A DNA stretch of 64,000 bases from Lepidodermella squamata (Eukaryota > Animalia > Gastrotricha), in the NCBI GenBank assembly GCA_047495785.1, contig JBLDXI010000085.1:1-64000 (forward strand), in the 5' to 3' direction. The notes under the pieces are model-generated. The model saw nothing but the letters and a program-made list of their open reading frames with translations, did no database searches and was not told the DNA's origin. Each line of letters starts with the position of its first letter. Positions within the stretch are counted from its first letter, which is position 1. The translations under genes were made by a program, and so were the position numbers. This document shows positions 37,223 through 47,415 of this stretch, one piece after another.

Positions 37223-38728
37223 CGCAACTATTTTTCAGAAAAATAAAATAATGTCAAATGAAATGAAATTATTGACCTCCAAGAAATGTTTCAACAAATG
37301 ATTTTAGCAACACGCGCTTGAAAAAGCGTAGAAACAGTTCATGCAATCAAGACAAAAATCATGAACTACAAAAATCACTGAAATAATTGGCTTAAAAGAC
37401 AATACTCTGAAAAATTGGACTAGAAATAAGAAGACGATGAAAAACAAAAACAGTAGACAATATGAATGAAAAATGACTGAAAATTCTGAACATCATTGAT
37501 CCTAATGTCTGATGTAGTTAAAGATTTTCTCAGAAAATGCGGGAAGCAATTTAACGTTCGACCAGCTTTTTGCTATACATTTTCACATCGTGCCTGATTG
37601 TTGGACCATTTTACTTGTTTCTGTTTCTGTGCTGAGTGAACAGTTTCAGCGATCCACCATCGTATCTCCAGTTAGCAGAAAGCAGAATCCACCTGAATTC
37701 GGCACGGAAAATGTTCAATTTTCCAAAGCTTGTCTATGGCCGTGGTCATTATCAAAGCCTAAGAAATCAATGCTAGCAGCGCTGTAACTCAAGTTAAGCT
37801 TCGAAGTTATTTGATCGAGTTCAATATAGTTGAACAAAAGGCACCACCGTTCGCCAATCAATCGCTGAAAACTTCAGATTTGAAGGTTAATAAGTGCCGG
37901 CAGTTTCTCGGCATTTTTCAAAAATTTCAGAAAAAATTGGCTGTGGCCTTGACTCGGAAAAATACTAATTCGGAGCAAATTACCCAGCCAAACGAAATGA
38001 CCCAAGGGTAACAGGTCTGACATTATTTGATTTCAAATCACCAGACATGTCGCAGTATAACTCCAGCCCCCAGCCAGGCATGAACGAAATTGTCAGAAAA
38101 TGCCAATCATAGGAGATTCGGCACGTTATTGGTAGCTCCAGTGACTCGGAAATTTTGAAAGTGTAAGATTCCGACGGGTTCGCCAGAACTCTAAGACCAG
38201 GCGACCCTCCGTTCGGGGCGTAATCAAAGAGTGGGCTGTTGGCTTGTTTCGCAGACGTGGCAAGAAAAGTAATGGCGAAACTGCCACTGGGTGCGTTTCT
38301 TTATCTCCAACAGAGATGAAATTATTAACAAAACAGGCCATAAACAGACCATTTCTTTATTTCTGTTGAAATTATTAATTCAACAGGAAAGCATTTCTTT
38401 ATTCTGATTATTGTTGGAGCTACTATAATAATCAGCTAGCGTTTCATTCATTAAACATGTTTTTTGCCCAAAATTATCAACAACTCGCCGAGTCGTTTTT
38501 GGAGCGATTTTTTCTAAGTCGATGGCGTCGTGTGCGATTTTTGCCGTCCGATGAGCGATGACTCATCACCGAACTCGTGTCCTCCTTAATAGACGTGCCA
38601 AAAGCACGTGCGGCTTAGCGAAAAACCTCCTTAATAAGCAACAAAACGAGCCGATTTTTTTGCCCTTACTGCTTTAAATCGCTGCGATTTATCGACGTTA
38701 AAGTAATAAAAGCACTTTCAACCTATAA

Positions 38729-39556
38729 ATGTCGTCGGACGAATTTGTTACAATTAAACACAATGGCGTTCCATTGCAAGTTCGAATTTCTGATCTGCAT
38801 AAATTCACTCGACAAAATAACGTTACCAGCGAAGATAATGTGCCTGAATTTGAAAACGTTGATCTTGATGATTCACCTCGCGCCGATTCGCCGAAGCCGT
38901 CGACTTCAACCGTGACGCCGGGCGGGCAAACGAGCGGAAGGATGAGATGGACAGTTCAGAAAGTTCGCGATTTTTTGACCGAATGCGTAGCGCGAAAACA
39001 AGATTTACGCGGCAAAGAGAGTAAGATCAAACGCATTCCAAATTTTTCGAATAATTATTGATTTTTCATAAATTATTATCAAGGTTCATTGGTAAAGATC
39101 TTCGACGAAATGAAAGGTGTTCTAAAGTTCTACGTCTCCAACGGCCAAGCTTTACGTAATAAGTACAATGATCTCAAGGCCAAGTATCGCTTGTTGACAG
39201 CTGGTGGCAAGTCAGGCGACGGCGGAGAATATGAACGGGACGACGAGCCTGAGTTGTCGCTCAACATTGACCTGGCTAGGCAATTGTGGGACGATGATCC
39301 TACTGTTCGCCCACGAATTACGGTCGACAGTGAAAAAGGCGTAAGTGAAGAGAAGTCTGTCAAATCACGCCCCGCGAAACGTTCTTCCATCTTTGACGAC
39401 GACCTCGATGATCACCCTGAACGAAGGGTTAAAAACTCGAAGGACGCTATGTTCAACCTTTTAAAGCAGAAGATGGACGACGATAAGTCCCGCCTTGATA
39501 TCGTCGCAACGTCTATCCAGCAGCTGACGCAGCATATAATCTCGTCGAGAAAATGA
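38729..39556 (+). CDS. Harbinger Myb/SANT-like DNA-binding protein (2 exons, intron ~39022-39083)
   Basis: RMRWTVQKVRDFL...ALRNKYNDLKAKYR trihelix/MADF-like pattern; C-terminal coiled-coil-like segment. Confidence 0.75.
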
Positions 39557-40062
39557 ATCCTCTGAGTTTGAACCATCGCATTTTGTGTTATTCCGTCGAA
39601 GGGCGAAAAAGGATGTGTGATTGCAACGATAAATAAAAATGAACGAGTGAAATAAAATGAGAGCGAAGCTATCTATATTGGTGTATATTATATTTTTAAA
39701 TACTATTTTTCGCTAGAAATGGTTGATTTAAACGTACAAGGTTTTGAAAATGAGGCCTTTGCTGTTGCGCTACTAATTTACCTGCTTAGCGTTTTTATTA
39801 TCATGCAAAATCATAGTGATTTCGACTATGCTATATACGGTACTTCAGATTTTCGAGATTCAATTGAGCGAGATCACGGTCGTCGAGAGTTGGCTAAGAT
39901 TTCGCGTAAGTCAATCATAAATTGGATAGTCTTCAATAACCATATTTAGACCATAGCATATTCCGAAAATTAAATATTTACAGGTGATTTTTAGTTAGAA
40001 ATTGAATATAAGCTTATTTAACTTCTCCCATAAAAAGTAGGTCAATATAATTATTTTGAACA

Positions 40063-41112
40063 ATGCCGTTATTTAGACATAATATTATTTATGCATTTAA
40101 GAAATTACTTCTTTCAGTTTATACTATGGAGCAATTTTCGAGAAATTATCGGCTGACCAAGACGAACGTGGAATTTATTACGGGCTTGCTCGTGAGAAGC
40201 AATGTTATTCCACCACTTGAGCGGCAATTTCGACGAAGCGGCAGGCCGATGATCGGGGGAATTCTGGCCGTACTCATAACTATCAGATACCTTGCACATA
40301 CGGAGTCGATGTATTCGATTTCAGACCGGTTTGGAGTCTGTCCGGCTACAGTTTTCCGCGTCGTCACCCGTGTTTCCGCTGGCCTTATTCGCCTGCAGCA
40401 CCACTTCATCACTTGGCCAAACGATGTCGAGCGAATAAGAATTGCTAATCATTACCAGCATCAGTACGGGCTGCCCGGTGTCGTAGGGCTGATGGATGGA
40501 ACTCACATTGAAATCAACTGCCCGTCCGAAGACTCAAGGGCTTATATTAATCGTAAGGGCTACGCCAGCATTCAACTTCAACTGATTGTTGGCGGTCGCC
40601 GAAACAAAACTATCAATTACTTCGTAGGTGCGCCGGGATCCATAAATGACCGCGCTGCGTTTCAACTGTCTCCCATCAGCCTAAACTGGCGAAATAATCC
40701 ACGCGCCTATTTCACGGCAGCTGATGAGCACGTTCTTGCCGACGGCGGCTATACGAATTCGTCCCGAGTGCTGACGCCTTATTCTGAGCCACAGCTACGT
40801 GAACCGAATCTCGCCAATAAGAGACGCTACAACCGCGCTCATCGCTCGATTCGTTCAGGTGTCGAGCGTGCCATAGGGGATTACAAAATGCACTGGCGTC
40901 GATCTCTCAAGATGAGTGAATTCTTCAATCATCGCTATGCTCCAAGGGTAATCGGAGCATCACTCGTACTACATAACATTTTGCTCGAGAACGACGACCA
41001 TCAAGTGCTTGAACTTGATGAGCCAGATGATAACCCGAATGGCGTCAACAGTGAAAGTGAAGGTGAAGACGACGAAGGCGGAAAACGTGACGCTATCATG
41101 CTTGAGATGTGA
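40063..41112 (+). CDS. Harbinger DDE transposase (HARBI1/DDE_Tnp_4-like); a 5' exon may start at 39719
   Basis: ISDRFGV, GLMDGTHI, YINRKGY, GSIND, LADGGY, LTPY, RYN..HRSIRSGVERAIG, LHN; acidic tail. Confidence 0.92.
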   Translation: MPLFRHNIIYAFKKLLLSVYTMEQFSRNYRLTKTNVEFITGLLVRSNVIPPLERQFRRSGRPMIGGILAVLITIRYLAHTESMYSISDRFGVCPATVFRVVTRVSAGLIRLQHHFITWPNDVERIRIANHYQHQYGLPGVVGLMDGTHIEINCPSEDSRAYINRKGYASIQLQLIVGGRRNKTINYFVGAPGSINDRAAFQLSPISLNWRNNPRAYFTAADEHVLADGGYTNSSRVLTPYSEPQLREPNLANKRRYNRAHRSIRSGVERAIGDYKMHWRRSLKMSEFFNHRYAPRVIGASLVLHNILLENDDHQVLELDEPDDNPNGVNSESEGEDDEGGKRDAIMLEM

Positions 41113-44053
41113 TTATCTAACAGATTAATTACTAATAAATTTGTGATCCCGCAGTATTGATGATGAGAAATAAAGATGTTACAAATTGGAAGAAACTAAT
41201 AAAGGTCTTTTGATATTACTGCTAATGGACATTTTTCTCCTCAAAATATATTAATCTAATTTGAAATGTTCGATACTGGGTCGAATTTGCAGAATTTGCT
41301 AATATTTCATCGATGAAACGTTTCTTTATCGATTTAATCTAATAACAAAATCAGAGTGTTTCATTTGATAAACGAGATTTTGTTAATGCAAAAAACCGAA
41401 TAAAGAAATGCCTCTGATTATTGTTTTTGCTACTAACAAAATCAGAATAAAGAAATACGCACAGCTGATTGTTTTTAACATAAATGGATAAAGAAATGGT
41501 CTCTGTTTTTTGCCTTGTTTTCAACAAAATCTGTTGAGAATAAAGAAACGCACCCACTGCTCAGTTTGACTTTATCAGCTGTCACAGTAATAGGCATCGT
41601 GGAATTGAAATAAAACGCCGAGTTATCACCGCCAAAAGGCCCGGTAATTGGGAAAAGCCCGTTTCTGAGGTTACAGCATCAGCTCTTGGGTTCACGACGT
41701 CATTCAAATCGGACACGAGAGGCCACGTTGCAATGCTAGTAGTAGGGTGTTCGAAGCGGTTGGCGACCAAATTTGGCCTGCTTGAATTTGCAGACATCCA
41801 ATGTTGTTGCACGGTCAGGGCATGCTTGAAAATCGAAAAACACGCCATGGAACCAGAGAAAGTTGTTGAGCTGATGAAGTTGCGTCCTTGTCCCATTTCT
41901 GTACTAGTAGCCGGAGGTTTCGCATCACGTTTCGCATCACGACAGATTGCGGTTACTTCCTGCGATTCCTTGTTATAGCTCACAGCAATGTAGACCCAAG
42001 GAGTGACACTTGTCGAAATGGGCGGCCCGCAAGAAAATGGCGAAACGACTAGCCCTGTAAGTAAATCAAAGTGATGTATATTAGCTTCTGTTTTTTGCGA
42101 AAGCAATTCTAGAAATTCCATGATGAATTTCATGAAATTTCCCGCAAATTCTCAGCCCTCTACAAATTGATTTGTTTCGCAATTTTTACACAACTTTAAA
42201 GTATTTTAGTTCAAGTTCCAAGCCTCGGGATGATATCGGAATGTATCTATGGGCTAATAGAATGCTTACTCTCTCGGCAATATTACCTGTAGTTACTTGA
42301 GCGAAATCGGACTGCGGGTTGTAATCAAGGCTAAACTTCGTGGACGCGTTATGAAAATCGAAGACTGGTAGAACTTTGTTAACTTCGGTCGCGAGGTAAA
42401 GAGATATTGTGAAAGAAGACTCGCCAAGCGCCAGTTTGCTGTTAAGCAGAGTCACAGACATTGAGTTTGTTGAGGTAAGCGCAGATAAGGAAGGCCCAAA
42501 CGGCCCATAGTCAGAGAAGCTGTTAGTACCAGTAAAGGTTCCGTCCACGCCGTTACCACTGATATCACGATGGCCATATCGTTTTATTAACGGCAGGAAA
42601 GCCATTTCAAACGGCTATCCAAAAGGTCTCTCTGTATCAATCAACATATCTCATGATCTAATGTATGGCGCGAAACTTACGATTTTAGCATGATTGAACA
42701 CTTCTGAATGGTGGGTCGATAGGTGTGGCGGGTATGGTTTGGGTCTGAAGTGGGACATTTTTCAAAACTATTACCTAACTATTAGTATTTAATAGTTAAT
42801 ATTATAACTAACCCAGCCGGTAGGACAATCGCTTAGAAGTAAAAGACATTTTGCGGCCATTAGCAACTCATTTGTGCACAACTGGAATTGAATAGGAATA
42901 CAAAGTAAATTGGTGAAAATCGAATACTATGATCAGCACGCTGATATCCTGCAGACCGGAATAGTAATTGAAGCCGAAATTTCCATCCGCATAAACCTGC
43001 TGAAAACACAATAATTTTAAGTTTTAAGATGAAAACCTGAACAGCGATAATTAAAACAAACCAAGGGAACACCTTCTGGGCGCGAATCTGAATCTTGACA
43101 CATGTTTGGCTGCCCAATAGCGGCGCATTGAAAAGCCTTCTACAAAGGTTCTAAAACTGGGAAAGCATTTCTATGGAAAATTCTCACGCCTGTATTGCAG
43201 CTTTCTTCAGAGGTGTAACGTATGCTCCCAATCTGCTTGAAATATATCAATCATCACGCGTTCATAATGTCTTTCTGAGACCCACGTTGCTCAGGCCCCC
43301 GGTACAGTTGACATCATTGACGCAGCCTGAAAAGGACAGGTCGGTAACAGCGTAGAAATAAAGCGGATTTTTATTGCTTGGAATTGTGATTCTCTAGCTC
43401 AAAAAACCATTAAACCTGACCGTCTTTACAAAAGTGTAAAGCTTGCACGAAAGAGTACGCTTTTTGTTCCGCCACTAAACGTGGTCCAGTGGCGAAAAAT
43501 CGGAAGCGTGATGCCAGATATTCACTTATCAGATTTCACTGCCAGATTTCACAATTTAGAACAATAGTTGATGACATCCAGACTAGTAAAGGAAACTCAC
43601 CGCTTTCCCATCGCATGAAAGCTGGGCAGGTTGGCAACCGAAGCAAACAGTGGGTCCTATACGTCGAAACAGCGTCGATTCGGGAACATTGACTGAGGCG
43701 CTGTAAAAGAGGTGGATCAATTTCAATAAAGAAATAATGATTTATCGATGAACCCGATTCGCATTCGCCTAGATTCGGGAACGTTGAATACGTGGATTCA
43801 AATGCCTTTTTGCACATTAATTACGACCTACAATGATCCTTGTCAACATAGATGCCGCCGCTGTAGATCTGTAGGAAAATTAGAATAGATGCGAATTTGA
43901 ATAAGTAACACAAATATAATACCAGCCTGAGTTTGCCTCGCCATATCACAGCCAGGTGAATCCAACAGAGAGCCAGCGAAAGAACGATCGGTCGTCGAAA
44001 AGCAGCGAACGCGAGCCGAAAAATTCGAACTTCGTGGGGCTGAAAGCATAAGC

Positions 44054-45241
44054 GGGTACGTTTCTTTATTCTCAAAAGATTTTGTTGAAAACAAGGCAAA
44101 AAACAGAGACCATTTCTTTATCCATTTATGTTAAAAACAATCAAGTGTGCGTATTTCTTTATCCTGATTTTGTTAGTAGCAAAAACAATAATCAGAGGCA
44201 TTTCTTTATTCGATTTTTTGCATTAACAAAATCTCGTTTATCAAATGAAACATTCCGATTTTGTTATTAGATTAAATCAATAAAGAAATGGTTAGCTGTG
44301 TAACTGCTCTGGCGACCTGAGAAGTCAATAGAATCGGCAATATTTAGACACCTTGTATAATTTGACCTTTGGCCAACTCAAATTTCAGTCGGTATCGATG
44401 GTCATAAGGTTTCGAATGGTTAAATTTTCTTATTTTCAAATAGGAAATCAGCAGGAAATAATGCAAATCACCCCTTTTAACCTGTGATGTTATGTGCCGA
44501 CATTTCAGCCGGGTCAAATCAGCCCGATGTGAAGCGCTAAGTCAAAAATCAAAACAAAACAAAATTGCCATTTTATAGACTCAAAGGCGAAGCAAAATTC
44601 CACGCAAAAAATTGTTTCTCCATTAGACGACATTACCGCTAGGGACAATTCAGCAATTTTGCCTAAATTCTATGAATATGTAATACATTTGATCAGAACT
44701 GGTATTAAAGGTAAGCTTGCATTTCAAATGTCAATTCAATGCTGGTCTGTCACTTGCTGGACTGTCGCCGGCGCAAATGTCGCCGAATATCGACTTGGCA
44801 CTATCTTCGACCCGAACCTTAAAATCTCAAAATTGTTCTAGTCACATTATTATATCAGCGGGTTTGCCGCTTGCTGAAATGTCGCAAGTCCATAAATTAA
44901 TGGGCTTGAAGCTTGGCGTAATGAATCATCAAGCACGACTTGGAAAAATTAGCAGAAAAATAAGTTATTTTCTCCTTATGCCTACGTTGGGCTGGGTCTT
45001 GGCGCGTGCGACTTAGAAAAAATCGCTCCTAAAACGACTCGGCGAGTGGTTGGTAATTTCGGGCAAAAAACATGTTTAATGAATGAAACACTGGCTGATT
45101 ATTATAGTAGCTCTAACAATAATCAGCATAAAGAAATAACTTTTTGTTGAACTAATAATTTCAACAAAAATAAAGAAATGGCTTGTTTATGGCTTGTTTT
45201 GTTAATAATTTCATCTCTGTTGGAGATAAAGAAACGTACCC
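44054..45241 (-). mobile_element. Non-autonomous Harbinger relative of 38289-41555, in inverted orientation
   Basis: TIR GGGTACGTTTCTTTAT / ATAAAGAAACGTACCC; 3-bp TSD AGC; ~240 bp at each end match the ends of the autonomous element; interior unrelated and non-coding. Confidence 0.9.
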
Positions 45242-45252
45242 AGCGAAGAGTT

Positions 45253-45828
45253 TGTGGCGGTGACACCACCTGGTGCCACGGCACGCGCCACTCACACGCG
45301 CCGTTCCGCACGCGCCCGTTTCTCCCGCCACTAAGGTTGTTTTACGGGTATTTAAGACCATTCAATATTTTAGTACTTACGCATCCTCCATTCACTAGTT
45401 CGCTTAAACCGCTAGCCACCTAACGAACTCCTCCTATTTTATATCTCGTTGCCTCGGCTTTACTGATTCCTCATTCTTGTTAATAGAACATTCCGTTACT
45501 TGTTATTTTATCTGCCTGGTGTCTGACCGACTCGCTTCCACCCATCCCTTCTACAACCGCGTCGGTAATTTTACGCCCTAATTGTAAATAAAGGTCGCCC
45601 TAACCCCGCGATTGCTCACAGGTCGACTACCGCATTTTACCCGCTGTTTCAACTACTGCCTTGGCTTTGCCGTTCTGTCCTTTGACGGACCCGGTATGCG
45701 CTCTCGCCGATATTTTGTGACATCAAGTACTTACTACGTATATTCCTATCAGGGCCTTCCGTTTGAAATAAATAAAGAGACCGGTGAACAGCTTGCCCTT
45801 TTGCTCACAAGAATCGGTCTCCGCCACA
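45253..45828 (+). repeat. 5' LTR (576 bp)
   Basis: TGTGGCGG...CCGCCACA; no differences from 52028-52603 seen by eye. Confidence 0.97.
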
Positions 45829-45830
45829 AC

Positions 45831-45850
45831 TGGTGCATCGGCCGGGAATC
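45831..45850 (+). promoter_or_regulatory. Primer-binding site complementary to the tRNA-Gly 3' end
   Basis: TGGTGCATCGGCCGGGAATC, 2 nt after the LTR; reverse complement GATTCCCGGCCGATGCACCA matches animal tRNA-Gly(GCC) as I recall it. Confidence 0.85.
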
Positions 45851-45858
45851 TCACTGTC

Positions 45859-47415
45859 ATGCCAGCCAAGAAGGCCAAGAAGCCCCAGACGCCGGCGCCC
45901 AAGACGCCAGCTGATCCGCCCGCTACCGGCAGGGATCCGACGCCAACGAGTAGTCCTTCCAGGGGCCGCCCTGCCGCACCGCCAACTCCGCGCTCGCCTG
46001 AAAAGACGCCCCCCGCTCGTGGCCGCCCTGCGGCGACTGGAACCGCGCCGGAACCCGCCATGCCAGGCTTGGAGCCGCAACTGTCACCAGTTCGCAGGCG
46101 GGGGCCGCGACCCGGTGCTCGTTTCGACCTGCCGGCCGACAGTCTTGACCGGCAACTCGAGTGGCTGCTTCAGCGGATGCCCTCCGACGCTCGCGAAGCC
46201 TGGCTCGACATGGAGGCCTCTGAGCTCATCGAGCTCGAAGAAGGGCCCGAGAAGCGCCGACGCCACGCCCGCTACTTAGGTATCCTGGCGCTCCATGATC
46301 GCGAGCGGGTACAGGCCGCTCCCGTCACCACTGCGCCCCTTCAGCCGACCGTCGTTACGACAAGTGCCACCACGGTCACGTCCCGCGCGTCGACGCTAGC
46401 CGCGCCGACAAAAATTAAGGACTTGATTGAGAAGCAGGGTCCGAAGGAGCCGCTGCTGACTTTCGCCGCCCGGTGCAAGGCGACGCTGAAGACCGTCGAA
46501 CTGCCCGACACGCAAACGGTCGTCAACCTATTACACGGCCGCCTGAACGATACCTGCAAGGCCGCGCTGAGTGGCATGTTGGCCGCGGGCATCATGCCGG
46601 ACTCGATCGACACACTGTTCGAATTGCTCCAACTGCGTGTCCCGGACACGGCCGTCGATGAAGAGCCGAGACAGCAGCAGGGCGAAGCGGTCGTCGTCTT
46701 TGCCGATCAATGTCGGCGACACGCCCGGCAACATTATGGGGATCTACCCGCCCAGGCGCTCGACAAGATCGCGGCCCGCGTCTTCCTGTCTGGGTTGCGC
46801 GGTGCCGAGCTGAAGCGCTACGTCGATCTCAAGAACGAAGAATTCCGGCAAGAGACCGGCCTGCCGACGGCGTCGCTGACCACCCTCACGTCACACGCTA
46901 GCAACTTCGAACGCGCCGAGGTTCGAGCCGCCGCCGCCGATCCGAAACCGAAACCGAAGGCCGCCGTCACGGTTGGCAACGTCTCTGTCGCCGCGGTTAC
47001 CGCCGAGGGCCAGGTGGGCAGCGAACCGCATCGGCAGTCGAATCGCCCGTCACAACGCCAGCAGGGGCAGCAGCCTCGTCAGTTCCCGCCGCGCCGTGAT
47101 CCGCCCCAATGGCAACAACCTCAGTCGGCCGCTCGCGATACGCCGCAGCAGCAAGCGCCCCAGCAGCAACCGCTGTACCAGCCGCCTCACATGCGTGCCG
47201 GCTACGGGCCGCCGCCGCCGTTCCGACCACGGCCGCGCCGCAATGATTGGCCGGAAATGGTGGATCGGTTGCCGTACTACCACCACAGTGGTGTCTGTTG
47301 GCGGTGTGGCGCCCCTGATCACGCCTTCAAAAACGTCACATGCCCGAAGATGACGGACGAGGTCCGCGCGGCGGTCAACTCGGTCGCCGCCACCGCGCAA
47401 AACCAGTCAAACTAG
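45859..47415 (+). CDS. gag: Gag-like protein (first ATG at 45859)
   Basis: Pro-rich N-terminus; capsid-like region (QQQGEAVVVFADQC, FLSGLR); Q/P-rich linker; knuckle CWRCGAPDH......C. Confidence 0.85.
   Translation: MPAKKAKKPQTPAPKTPADPPATGRDPTPTSSPSRGRPAAPPTPRSPEKTPPARGRPAATGTAPEPAMPGLEPQLSPVRRRGPRPGARFDLPADSLDRQLEWLLQRMPSDAREAWLDMEASELIELEEGPEKRRRHARYLGILALHDRERVQAAPVTTAPLQPTVVTTSATTVTSRASTLAAPTKIKDLIEKQGPKEPLLTFAARCKATLKTVELPDTQTVVNLLHGRLNDTCKAALSGMLAAGIMPDSIDTLFELLQLRVPDTAVDEEPRQQQGEAVVVFADQCRRHARQHYGDLPAQALDKIAARVFLSGLRGAELKRYVDLKNEEFRQETGLPTASLTTLTSHASNFERAEVRAAAADPKPKPKAAVTVGNVSVAAVTAEGQVGSEPHRQSNRPSQRQQGQQPRQFPPRRDPPQWQQPQSAARDTPQQQAPQQQPLYQPPHMRAGYGPPPPFRPRPRRNDWPEMVDRLPYYHHSGVCWRCGAPDHAFKNVTCPKMTDEVRAAVNSVAATAQNQSN

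Larger units (their letters stand above)
38289..41555 (+). mobile_element. Autonomous PIF/Harbinger DNA transposon (3267 bp)
   Basis: 16-bp TIR GGGTGCGTTTCTTTAT / ATAAAGAAACGCACCC; 3-bp TSD ACT; two genes (Myb/SANT-like and DDE transposase); removing it restores the host exon seen in paralogs. Confidence 0.92.
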
